DNA of 64,000 nt, from contig CAXXLL010000003.1 of the NCBI GenBank assembly GCA_963662545.2, forward strand, positions 928,001 through 992,000, in the 5' to 3' direction. This document shows, in pieces, positions 54,746 through 64,000 of the stretch. Positions within the stretch are counted from its first letter, which is position 1. Each line of letters begins with the position of its first letter. The DNA is from Gammaproteobacteria bacterium. GTDB lineage: Bacteria; Pseudomonadota; Gammaproteobacteria; Ga0077536. The position numbers and the translations under genes are program-made. The notes under the pieces were generated by a model. That model ran no database searches and was not told the origin of the DNA. It saw nothing but the letters and a program-made list of their open reading frames with translations.

Positions 54746-57700
54746 TTAGGCGCTTTTCGTACTCTGCTCGACCGTCTCTGCCGTGCCATCGGCGCCTCGC
54801 AGTTCCGCCATCAGTTCGGCGTCCAGATCGGCGCTGGTTTCCGCCACCGGATCGGCCGCGGGAAAGCGGCGGCGCTTCCGTTCAATATGGTAGGCAAATC
54901 CGGTTCCTGCCGGAATCAGGCGCCCGACGATGACATTTTCCTTGAGGCCGCGGAGTTCGTCATGCTTGCCCGTGACAGAGGCTTCGGTCAGCACCCGGGT
55001 GGTCTCCTGAAAGGAGGCCGCCGAGATAAAGGATTCCGTTGCCAGTGAGGCCTTGGTAATGCCAAGCAGCAGCTGCTGGGCTATCGCCGGCTTCTTGCCC
55101 TCCGCGGAGACTCGGTCGTTCTCGTCGAGCAGCCGTTCACGCTCGACCTGCTCGCCTTTGAGGAATCGAGTATCCCCCGGTTTTTGCATCTCAACCTTGC
55201 GCAGCATTTGCCGGACGATTACCTCGATGTGCTTGTCGTTAATCTTGACGCCTTGGAGTCTGTATACCTCCTGAACCTCGCTGACGATGTAGTGCGTGAG
55301 TTCGTGCACGCCTTTGAGCCTGAGAATGTCGTGTGAATCGGGCGCTCCATCACAAATGACTTCACCCTTTTCGACGTGCTCGCCTTCAAATACCGTTACG
55401 TGGCGCCATTTTGGTATCAGGCTTTCGATATGCTCGCCGTCAGCCTGAGTAATGATCAGGCGTTGCTTGCCTTTCGTATCCTTGCCAAACGACACCGTAC
55501 CGGTCGCTTCGGCGAGTACCGCTGGCTCCTTGGGCTTACGCGCCTCGAACAAATCGGCAACACGCGGCAGGCCGCCGGTTATATCGCGAGTCTTTAATGA
55601 CTCCTGGGGAATCCTCGCAAGCACGTCGCCTACTTTTACTTGCTGGGCGTCGGCAATACTGACCACCGCATTGGGCGACAGATGATAATGAGCCGGGATA
55701 TCAGTCCCCGGGATCTTGAGATCTTTACCCTTGGCATTAACCAGCTTGATCACCGGGCGCAGGTCCTTCGCTGATGAACTACGCTGCTTGAGATCCATGA
55801 CGACAATACTGGAAAGTCCGGTAATCTCATCGACCTGCCGACTCACCGTCACTCCTTCGCTGATATCTTGAAATACTACCGTGCCCGCCACTTCGGTGAT
55901 GATCGGATGGGTATGAGGATCCCACGTCGCTATATTCTGTCCGGCTGTGACTTCGGCCCCGTCGGCCACTTTCAGTACGGCACCATACGGCACTTTATAT
56001 CGCTCGCGATCGCGCCCGACCTCGTCGTTGACGATGAGTTCGCCCGAGCGTGATACGGAGACGAAAGTTCCGTCTTTGTGGTCGAGCGTTTTCATATTGA
56101 CGAGCTTTATCGTACCCGTGGCTTTGACGTCAATACTGTTGACCGCTGCCGCCCGTGACGCGGCGCCACCAATATGGAAAGTACGCATCGTCAGCTGAGT
56201 ACCCGGTTCGCCGATGGACTGCGCGGCGATCACTCCAACTGCTTCGCCGACATTGACACTATGCCCACGCGCAAGATCACGTCCATAGCACGCAGCACAG
56301 ATTCCGTAACGCGTCTCGCAGGTAATCGCGGAGCGCACCAAGACCTCGTCGATTCCCTGTTCATCGAGATGTTGTACCCATTTCTCGTCGATCAGAGTCC
56401 CGGCAGCAACGACCGGCGCTTTTTCGCCGGGCTTGATAACGTCTACCGCGACGACGCGTCCGAGGATGCGGTCGCCCAGCGCCTCAATGACGTCACCACC
56501 TTCGATGATCGGCGTCATCATCATTCCGCCGCTGGTCCCGCAATCTACTTCGGTCACCACGAGGTCCTGTGCAACGTCGACGAGACGTCGGGTCAAATAT
56601 CCCGAATTCGCGGTTTTCAATGCCGTATCCGCGAGACCTTTTCGTGCACCGTGCGTAGAAATGAAATACTGCAGAACATTCAGGCCTTCACGGAAATTCG
56701 CGGTGATCGGCGTTTCGATGATCGATCCGTCCGGTTTGGCCATGAGCCCGCGCATTCCAGCGAGCTGTCTGATCTGGGCGGCGGAACCACGCGCGCCCGA
56801 ATCCGCCATCATGAAAATCGAATTAAATGAATCCTGCTGTACCTCTTTGCCGTCACTGCCGGTTACCACTTCGGTTCCCAGTTTTTCCATCATCGCCTTG
56901 GCCACCTGGTCGTTGGTATGAGACCAGATATCTACAACCTTGTTGTAGCGCTCACCAGTCGTTACCAGGCCGGACGCATACTGGTCCTCGATTTCCTTCA
57001 CTGCTATCTCCGCAGTAGCGATGATCTCGGGCTTTCCTTCCGGCACGACCATGTCGTCGATGGCGATCGACACACCCGCCCGGGTGGCATGCTCGAATCC
57101 CGTATACATCAGTCGATCCGCGAAGATGACTGTTTCCTTCAGCCCAACCGAGCGATAACACCTATCAAACAATTTCGATATCGCGCGTTTGTTCAGCACT
57201 TGATTGATGAGCGCGAATGGAAGCCCTCGCGGTAATATCGCCGAGAGTAAGGCGCGTCCTACCGTCGTCTCGACGATTTCCGTGCTTTCCTGTAATTCGT
57301 TGTCGTCATCGAGTTCGGTCAGATCCATTCTTACTTTGCATCGCGCATGGAGTGATGCAGCCCCAGTCTCAAAAGCACGGTGAACTTCCGAAATATCCAC
57401 GAAGATCATGCCCGTTCCTTTCGCGTCGGCGGATTCACGCGTGAGGTAATACAGGCCTAGAACGACGTCCTGAGTCGGTACGATAATCGGATCGCCGTTT
57501 GCGGGTGAAAGAATATTGTTCGTCGACATCATGAGGCTGCGCGCCTCGATCTGAGCTTCGATCGACAACGGTACGTGTACCGCCATTTGATCGCCGTCAA
57601 AGTCCGCATTGAACGCCGTGCACACCAGCGGATGAAGCTGGATGGCCTTGCCCTCGATCAGAGCTGGCTCGAAAGCCTGGATTCCAAGCCGGTGCAGCGT

Positions 57701-58981
57701 CGGTGCGCGATTGAGCATGATCGGATGCTCTCGAATGACTTCTTCGAGGATATCCCAGACTTCCGGACCTTCCCGTTCGATAAGCTTCTTCGCTGCCTTG
57801 ATCGTCGTCGCCATACCGCGACGTTCGAGCTTACTGAAGATGAACGGTTTGAAGAGTTCGAGCGCCATTTTTTTAGGCAACCCGCATTGGTGGAGTTTCA
57901 AAGTCGGGCCGACCACAATGACCGAACGGCCAGAGTAATCGACACGCTTGCCAAGCAGGTTCTGGCGAAAGCGCCCTTGCTTGCCCTTGATCATATCGGC
58001 GAGCGATTTCAGCGGCAGCTTATTCGTCCCGGTAATGGCGCGCCCACGCCGGCCGTTGTCTAGAAGCGCGTCAACGGCCTCCTGCAGCATGCGCTTTTCA
58101 TTGCGCACGATAATGTCGGGCGCGTTTAAATCGAGCAAACGCTTCAGCCGGTTATTTCGATTGATAACGCGGCGGTAAAGATCATTTAAGTCCGATGTTG
58201 CGAAGCGGCCGCCATCGAGAGGTACCAGGGGCCGCAATTCCGGCGGCAACACGGGAAGGACCTTCATGACCATCCATTGCGGCCGATTGCCCGAATGAAG
58301 AAAGGCCTCCATCAACTTCAGGCGTTTGGTGAGTTTTTTGATCTTTGTCTCGGAGTTAGTCTTTGGAAGCTCTTCACGGATTAAGTTGATCTCTTCGGCG
58401 AGATCAACTGATCTCAGAAGCTCATATACAGCTTCCGCGCCCATGCGGGCGTCGAATTCATCGCCGTGTTGCTCGATCGCATCGAGATAAGATTCTTCTG
58501 ACAGCAATTGGCCCCGCTCCAGATCGGTCATGCCGGGATCCACCACGACGTAGGCCTCGAAGTAGAGAATCCGCTCGATTTCGCGCAGTGTGATGTCCAG
58601 TAACAATCCCATTCGCGACGGGAGGGATTTTAGATACCAGATATGGGCGACCGGACTAGCGAGCTCGATATGGCCCATACGTTCACGCCGAACTTTGGCT
58701 AGCGTTACCTCTACTCCACACTTCTCACATACGACGCCTCTGTGCTTCAGGCGTTTGTATTTACCGCACAAACATTCGTAATCCTTGATAGGACCGAAAA
58801 TCTTTGCGCAGAAAAGTCCGTCTCGCTCCGGTTTGAAAGTGCGGTAATTGATCGTTTCCGGCTTTTTGACTTCGCCGTACGACCACGAGCGAATTTTTTC
58901 CGGTGACGACAAACCGATGCTGATTGCGTCGAAATCTTCAACCTGGCCCTGACTCCTAAGCAGATCAAGTAGGTCTTTCAC
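54746..58981 (-). CDS. rpoC: RNA polymerase beta' subunit
   Basis: NADFDGD catalytic motif, zinc-finger CLCGKYK/CEKCG. Confidence 0.99.
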   Translation of the reverse strand: MKDLLDLLRSQGQVEDFDAISIGLSSPEKIRSWSYGEVKKPETINYRTFKPERDGLFCAKIFGPIKDYECLCGKYKRLKHRGVVCEKCGVEVTLAKVRRERMGHIELASPVAHIWYLKSLPSRMGLLLDITLREIERILYFEAYVVVDPGMTDLERGQLLSEESYLDAIEQHGDEFDARMGAEAVYELLRSVDLAEEINLIREELPKTNSETKIKKLTKRLKLMEAFLHSGNRPQWMVMKVLPVLPPELRPLVPLDGGRFATSDLNDLYRRVINRNNRLKRLLDLNAPDIIVRNEKRMLQEAVDALLDNGRRGRAITGTNKLPLKSLADMIKGKQGRFRQNLLGKRVDYSGRSVIVVGPTLKLHQCGLPKKMALELFKPFIFSKLERRGMATTIKAAKKLIEREGPEVWDILEEVIREHPIMLNRAPTLHRLGIQAFEPALIEGKAIQLHPLVCTAFNADFDGDQMAVHVPLSIEAQIEARSLMMSTNNILSPANGDPIIVPTQDVVLGLYYLTRESADAKGTGMIFVDISEVHRAFETGAASLHARCKVRMDLTELDDDNELQESTEIVETTVGRALLSAILPRGLPFALINQVLNKRAISKLFDRCYRSVGLKETVIFADRLMYTGFEHATRAGVSIAIDDMVVPEGKPEIIATAEIAVKEIEDQYASGLVTTGERYNKVVDIWSHTNDQVAKAMMEKLGTEVVTGSDGKEVQQDSFNSIFMMADSGARGSAAQIRQLAGMRGLMAKPDGSIIETPITANFREGLNVLQYFISTHGARKGLADTALKTANSGYLTRRLVDVAQDLVVTEVDCGTSGGMMMTPIIEGGDVIEALGDRILGRVVAVDVIKPGEKAPVVAAGTLIDEKWVQHLDEQGIDEVLVRSAITCETRYGICAACYGRDLARGHSVNVGEAVGVIAAQSIGEPGTQLTMRTFHIGGAASRAAAVNSIDVKATGTIKLVNMKTLDHKDGTFVSVSRSGELIVNDEVGRDRERYKVPYGAVLKVADGAEVTAGQNIATWDPHTHPIITEVAGTVVFQDISEGVTVSRQVDEITGLSSIVVMDLKQRSSSAKDLRPVIKLVNAKGKDLKIPGTDIPAHYHLSPNAVVSIADAQQVKVGDVLARIPQESLKTRDITGGLPRVADLFEARKPKEPAVLAEATGTVSFGKDTKGKQRLIITQADGEHIESLIPKWRHVTVFEGEHVEKGEVICDGAPDSHDILRLKGVHELTHYIVSEVQEVYRLQGVKINDKHIEVIVRQMLRKVEMQKPGDTRFLKGEQVERERLLDENDRVSAEGKKPAIAQQLLLGITKASLATESFISAASFQETTRVLTEASVTGKHDELRGLKENVIVGRLIPAGTGFAYHIERKRRRFPAADPVAETSADLDAELMAELRGADGTAETVEQSTKSA

Positions 58982-59029
58982 AGTTTTTACTCCTTAAGGC
59001 GAATGTGCGCCGAATATCCGGTTAGTGCC

Positions 59030-62000
59030 TTAGTCGTGCTCCAATTCGATGTCGATCCCGAGAGATCGCATCTCCTTGAGAAGCACGTTGAAGGATTCGG
59101 GCATTCCCGCTTCCATCTTGTGGTCGCCGTCTACGATGTTTTTGTACATCTTGGTTCGACCGTTGACGTCGTCGGATTTGACCGTGAGCATTTCCTGCAG
59201 CGTATAGGCCGCTCCGTAGGCTTCGAGCGCCCATACCTCCATTTCTCCGAAGCGCTGACCGCCGAATTGCGCTTTACCGCCTAATGGTTGCTGGGTAACC
59301 AGGCTGTACGGTCCGGTTGAGCGTGCGTGCATTTTGTCGTCGACCAGATGATTCAACTTCAACATGTACATGTAGCCGACCGTAACCGGTCGATCGAATG
59401 CATCACCTGAACGGCCGTCGAAAAGTTTTGTCTGCCCGGAGCGGGGAAGCCCGGCAAGGTCGAGCATATGCTTGATCTCATCCTCCTTCGCTCCGTCGAA
59501 AACAGGTGTCGCCATCGGCACACCGTCCTTGAGATTTTCACACAGCGCTTGAATCTCATCGTTATCGAGGGAGTCCAGGTCCTCTCGTTGACCGCTGGAG
59601 TTGTATATCTTGCCGAGGAATTTCCTCAATTCAGTATTGCTGGCTACCCGGTCCAACATATCGCCAATGCGCTGGCCAAGTCCGTGGGCAGCCCAACCCA
59701 AGTGCGTCTCCAGCACTTGTCCCACGTTCATGCGCGACGGTACTCCGAGGGGATTCAGCACGATGTCGACCGTAGTCCCGTCTTCCATATGCGGCATGTC
59801 TTCGATTGGCACGATCATGGATACGACGCCCTTGTTTCCGTGCCGACCCGCCATTTTGTCTCCGGGTTGCATGCGCCGTTTAACAGCCACGTAAACCTTT
59901 GCCATTTTGAGTACGCCAGGCGCCAGATCGTCGCCGCTGGTCAATTTTGATTTTTTCTCCTCGAACTGGCGGTCAAAATCTTCATGGTACTTTTCGATCT
60001 GACGGGCTAGTTGCTCGAGTTTTTCGTTGGCAGAATCGTTCTTGAGTCGGATGTCGAACCATTTATCACGCGCCACATCGCTCAGCAACGGCTTGGTAAT
60101 CTTGGCGCCACCCTTGATCTGCCCCGGTCCTTTATCAGCATTTTTATTGATGAGAAGACGTTCGACGCGCTGATAAACATCTTCCTCAAGAATTCTCAAC
60201 TGGTCGTCGAGATCCTTCTTCACGCTCGCGATTTCGGCGTTCTCGATCTCGAGTGCCCGCGCATCTTTTTCAATACCGTCACGCGTAAAAACCTGCACGT
60301 CGATGACGGTTCCGCTCATACCGGAAGGGACCCTTAGCGACGTGTCTTTAACGTCGGACGCCTTCTCGCCAAAAATCGCCCGCAACAGTTTTTCTTCCGG
60401 GGTCAGCTGGGTTTCGCCCTTGGGTGTAACCTTACCCACGAGGATATCGCCCGAGTGCACTTCAGCGCCCATGTAAACAATACCGGATTCATCAAGCTTG
60501 GAGAGCGCACTTTCGCTGACATTTGGAATATCGCTCGATATTTCTTCGGGCCCGAGTTTTGTATCCCGCGCCACACAAGTTAGTTCCTCAATGTGGATGC
60601 TCGTGTAACGATCTTCCTGAACGACCCGTTCCGAAATCAGTATCGAGTCTTCGAAGTTGTAGCCATTCCATGGCATAAAGGCGACTAGCATATTCTGACC
60701 CAGGGCGAGTTCTCCGAGATCCGTCGACGGACCGTCCGCGAGGACGTCGCCGGCTGCTATTCGGTCGCCGGGTTTGCCTAACGGCTTCTGATTAATGCAC
60801 GTATTCTGATTCGACCGGGTGTATTTGGTCAGATTGTAGATATCGACGCCCGGCTCTTCCGCACTCGTTTCCGAGTCGTCGACCCTGACGACGAGTCTTG
60901 CTGCATCCACCGCGTAGACTTCACCACCGCGCCGTGCGACGACGGTGACACCTGAATCCTTGGCAACGGTTCGTTCGATCCCCGTACCGACCAGCGGCTT
61001 TTCCACGCGCAAGGTGGGTACGGCCTGCCGCTGCATATTGGACCCCATAAGCGCGCGGTTGGCGTCATCGTGCTCCAGAAACGGTATGAGGGCAGCCGCT
61101 ACAGAAACAATTTGCCGCGGTGAAACGTCCATATACTGAATTCGATCCGGAGAGGCTAGCGTGAATTCGTTGCGGTGCCGCGCAGAGACCAGGCTGCCTG
61201 TGAGTCGACCGTTTTTATCGAGCGCGGCGTTCGCCTGGGCAATGACGTACTGGCCCTCTTCGATAGCCGATAGATACTCGATTTCGTCGGTTGCCTTACG
61301 GTTCGCCACCTTACGATAAGGCGTTTCCAAAAAACCGTATGCATTGGTTCTGGCATAAACTGCAAGCGAATTGATCAAGCCGATGTTTGGCCCCTCGGGC
61401 GTCTCGATCGGACAGACCCGGCCGTAGTGGGTCGGATGTACGTCTCGAACCTCGAATCCGGCACGCTCTCGAGTCAAACCGCCCGGTCCAAGTGCCGATA
61501 CACGACGTTTATGTGTCACTTCCGAGAGGGGATTGTTTTGATCCATGAACTGGGATAACTGGCTCGATCCGAAAAATTCCCTGATCACTGCAGAAACTGG
61601 TTTCGCATTGATCAGCTCTTGCGGCATATAGCCCTCGGATTCGGCCAGACTCAACCGTTCCCTGACTGCGCGTTCTACGCGTACCAGCCCGACCCGAAAC
61701 TGATTTTCGGCCATTTCCCCGACGCTTCGAACACGCCGATTTCCAAGATGATCGATATCGTCGACCGTGCCGTTGCCGTTGCGTATATCAATCAGCACTT
61801 TGAGCACGTCGATGATGTCGTTTTTGTCCAGCACACCGCTACCCGTAATTTCGCTACGCCCGACGCGCCGATTGAATTTCATGCGGCCCACGCCCGAAAG
61901 ATCGTAGCGGTCTTCAGAAAAGAAAAGATTCCTGAAAAGGTTTTCCGCAGCGTCCTTGGTCGGCGGTTCTCCCGGGCGCATCATGCGGTAAATTTCGACC

Positions 62001-63106
62001 TGGGCCTCCAGCTTGGTTGTCGTTGGATCCACGCGCAGGGTCTCGGCAATGTACGCTCCATGATCGAGATCGTTAGCAAAAATTGTCGCGATTTCGGCGA
62101 CGTTGTTGTTGTCGAAGATTTCGAGTAGCTCGTCGGTGATTTCAGCGTTCGCCACAGCTAAGACTTCGCCGGTTTCCGTATTGACCACATCGCACGCGAG
62201 GATTTTTCCGAGCACGAATGACCTGGGAACGTTTATCTCCGTTATGCCGAGGTCTTGGATTTCCTGGGTATGGCGCGCGGTAATCCGGCGCTCGGCTTCG
62301 ACCAACACTTTGCCCTTGGCGTCTACGAGATCGAATTCGAGCGTCTCACCACGCAGGCGTTCCGGGATGAGATGAAACTGCACCTGATCCCCGTCGAGTA
62401 CGAAAGTATCGCGCTCGAAAAATAGTTCGAGCACCTGCTCGGTTGAAAATCCTAAAGCGCGTAACAAAACGGTCGCCGGTAGTTTGCGTCGGCGATCGAT
62501 ACGAACATAAACGTGATCTTTCGGATCGAACTCGAAATCAAGCCAAGACCCGCGGTATGGGATTACTCGAGCGGAGAAAAGTAGTTTTCCGGATGAATGC
62601 GTTTTCCCACGGTCGTGATCGAAAAATACGCCAGGTGAGCGATGCAGCTGCGAAACGATTACACGCTCGGTGCCGTTGATTACGAATGTCCCATTAGTCG
62701 TCATCAGCGGAAGCTCACCCATGTAAACTTCCTGTTCGCGTACGTCTTTGATCACCTTGTCAGCCCCGGACTCCTTATCGTAGATGACAAGACGTACCGT
62801 AACGCGTAGAGACGTAGCGTAGGTCAAACCTCGAACCTGGCATTCTTTCACGTCGAACACGGGCTCACCAAGCCGATAGCTTACGTATTCGAGAACCGCA
62901 TTGCCCGAGTAACTTTCGATTGGGAATACAGAGTTGAACGCAGCGTGGAGACCGACGTTGCCACGATTATTGGGATCGCTGTCTTCTTGTAGAAAACGCT
63001 TAAACGATTCTATTTGCGTTGCAAGCAAGTACGGCACGTCCAAAATCGGCGGTGTCTTGCTGAAATCTTTACGAATACGCTTCTTCTCAGTGTACGTATA
63101 GGCCAT
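59030..63106 (-). CDS. rpoB: RNA polymerase beta subunit
   Basis: [31 protein letters not shown]. Confidence 0.99.
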   Translation of the reverse strand: MAYTYTEKKRIRKDFSKTPPILDVPYLLATQIESFKRFLQEDSDPNNRGNVGLHAAFNSVFPIESYSGNAVLEYVSYRLGEPVFDVKECQVRGLTYATSLRVTVRLVIYDKESGADKVIKDVREQEVYMGELPLMTTNGTFVINGTERVIVSQLHRSPGVFFDHDRGKTHSSGKLLFSARVIPYRGSWLDFEFDPKDHVYVRIDRRRKLPATVLLRALGFSTEQVLELFFERDTFVLDGDQVQFHLIPERLRGETLEFDLVDAKGKVLVEAERRITARHTQEIQDLGITEINVPRSFVLGKILACDVVNTETGEVLAVANAEITDELLEIFDNNNVAEIATIFANDLDHGAYIAETLRVDPTTTKLEAQVEIYRMMRPGEPPTKDAAENLFRNLFFSEDRYDLSGVGRMKFNRRVGRSEITGSGVLDKNDIIDVLKVLIDIRNGNGTVDDIDHLGNRRVRSVGEMAENQFRVGLVRVERAVRERLSLAESEGYMPQELINAKPVSAVIREFFGSSQLSQFMDQNNPLSEVTHKRRVSALGPGGLTRERAGFEVRDVHPTHYGRVCPIETPEGPNIGLINSLAVYARTNAYGFLETPYRKVANRKATDEIEYLSAIEEGQYVIAQANAALDKNGRLTGSLVSARHRNEFTLASPDRIQYMDVSPRQIVSVAAALIPFLEHDDANRALMGSNMQRQAVPTLRVEKPLVGTGIERTVAKDSGVTVVARRGGEVYAVDAARLVVRVDDSETSAEEPGVDIYNLTKYTRSNQNTCINQKPLGKPGDRIAAGDVLADGPSTDLGELALGQNMLVAFMPWNGYNFEDSILISERVVQEDRYTSIHIEELTCVARDTKLGPEEISSDIPNVSESALSKLDESGIVYMGAEVHSGDILVGKVTPKGETQLTPEEKLLRAIFGEKASDVKDTSLRVPSGMSGTVIDVQVFTRDGIEKDARALEIENAEIASVKKDLDDQLRILEEDVYQRVERLLINKNADKGPGQIKGGAKITKPLLSDVARDKWFDIRLKNDSANEKLEQLARQIEKYHEDFDRQFEEKKSKLTSGDDLAPGVLKMAKVYVAVKRRMQPGDKMAGRHGNKGVVSMIVPIEDMPHMEDGTTVDIVLNPLGVPSRMNVGQVLETHLGWAAHGLGQRIGDMLDRVASNTELRKFLGKIYNSSGQREDLDSLDNDEIQALCENLKDGVPMATPVFDGAKEDEIKHMLDLAGLPRSGQTKLFDGRSGDAFDRPVTVGYMYMLKLNHLVDDKMHARSTGPYSLVTQQPLGGKAQFGGQRFGEMEVWALEAYGAAYTLQEMLTVKSDDVNGRTKMYKNIVDGDHKMEAGMPESFNVLLKEMRSLGIDIELEHD

Positions 63107-63255
63107 GGTGTTTACCGTCCTATTAAACCGGGTTCGGGCAAGTGACTCCGGAAATCGTCATTTACGGATCCATTCCGCAATGGCGGAACGCGAACGGCGG
63201 CCGCCATTACGGGCGCCGCCTCATTCCGAATATCAGGAATTAACAAAATACGTGA

Positions 63256-63639
63256 CTACTTGAGTTCTACAGTGGCGCCCGCTTCTTCCAATTTCGTCTT
63301 GATCTCTTCGGCTTCGTCTTTGGAAACGGCTTCCTTCATGGCCGCTGGAGCACTTTCGACCAGTTCCTTTGCTTCCTTCAATCCAAGTCCAGTTATTGCG
63401 CGAACGACTTTGATCACGCTGACTTTGTTCTCTCCGAAGCTCGACATGAAGACGTCGAATTCGATCTGGACTTCGTCGGCGGCACCGCCGGGATCCACGC
63501 CGACGCCGGGAGCCGCGGCTGCTACTGCGGCTGCCGCCGATACACCCCATTTTTCCTCGAGCTCTGAAACGAGCTCCGTCACTTCAAGAATGCTCATGTT
63601 ACTCAGAGTTTCAATCAACTCTTCTTTGGAAACCGCCAT
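63256..63639 (-). CDS. rplL: 50S ribosomal protein L7/L12
   Basis: [20 protein letters not shown]. Confidence 0.98.
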   Translation of the reverse strand: MAVSKEELIETLSNMSILEVTELVSELEEKWGVSAAAAVAAAAPGVGVDPGGAADEVQIEFDVFMSSFGENKVSVIKVVRAITGLGLKEAKELVESAPAAMKEAVSKDEAEEIKTKLEEAGATVELK

Positions 63640-63672
63640 TTTGATGTTCTCCTGAAAACAGATTGTTAAACG

Positions 63673-64000
63673 CTATAAGGCCGCTTGTTGCGAATCGCGG
63701 TAAGCCGCAAGTATTCGAACCAGTTCACCGGCAGGCTCGGCGAGAGTGCGCACCAATTTCGTCTGAGGCGCTTTGAAAACGGACAAGAGAATCGCGCGTG
63801 CTTCGTCAAGCGTCGGAAGATTTGCCAGAAGTTTGAGATCTTCAGCAGGCCGTAATTCACCGTCGACCACGATGGCTTTGGTTACGAGCATCGCATGGTC
63901 TTTGGAAAAGTCGCGGACAAGGCGTGCTCCGGCCCCGTGGTCTTCCCCAGAAAATACCAGTACCAACGGTCCTGTCAGCGAGTCGCGCAGACATTCGAAA
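63673..64000 (-). CDS. rplJ: 50S ribosomal protein L10 (5' part outside the window)
   Basis: L.GP.VL.FS.ED.G..ARL..DF, LA.LPT..EA. Directly upstream of rplL. Confidence 0.93.
   Translation of the reverse strand, partial: FECLRDSLTGPLVLVFSGEDHGAGARLVRDFSKDHAMLVTKAIVVDGELRPAEDLKLLANLPTLDEARAILLSVFKAPQTKLVRTLAEPAGELVRILAAYRDSQQAAL

Noticed and set aside
61490-61570. Rifampicin-resistance substitutions in RpoB
   Set aside because: Cluster I reads [25 protein letters not shown], with the key Q, D, H and S residues wild-type.
36847-63639. Many antisense and overlapping ORFs across ribosomal and RNAP genes
   Set aside because: They are shadow frames of GC-rich conserved genes with no recognisable motifs.

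Overview
Chromosomal window from a non-enteric Gammaproteobacterium (inferred from gene content and order). About 85% is core housekeeping: tadA-guaA-guaB/xseA, lipA-lipB-ybeD, yadGH, the mreBCD-mrdA-rodA-mltB-rlpA-dac-dat cell-wall cluster, gatCAB, and the contiguous rplJL-rpoBC-str-S10-spc-alpha supercluster. There are two accessory patches. (1) 1-5.37 kb, directly downstream of a C-terminally truncated tadA. It holds an IS630 that has split a beta-propeller gene, and a family of ~28-bp imperfect palindromes repeated at a ~58-bp period in clusters that bracket cargo genes. It also holds a flavoprotein lacking the redox cysteines, flanked by two inward-facing IS91/ISCR oriIS-like ends, and an IS91 transposase remnant carrying a 51-bp in-frame hairpin insertion. 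(2) 30.7-36.8 kb, an AT-rich DSF quorum-sensing-like locus between gatB and rplQ. It has a doubly frameshifted rpfF-like synthase convergent with an essentially intact rpfC-like sensor, with an IS256 inserted in the last codons of the sensor. Three copies of a 162-bp MITE sit at or next to stop codons inside gene clusters. I recognised no rRNA, tRNA or cas genes. All calls come from reading motifs by eye; no searches were run.
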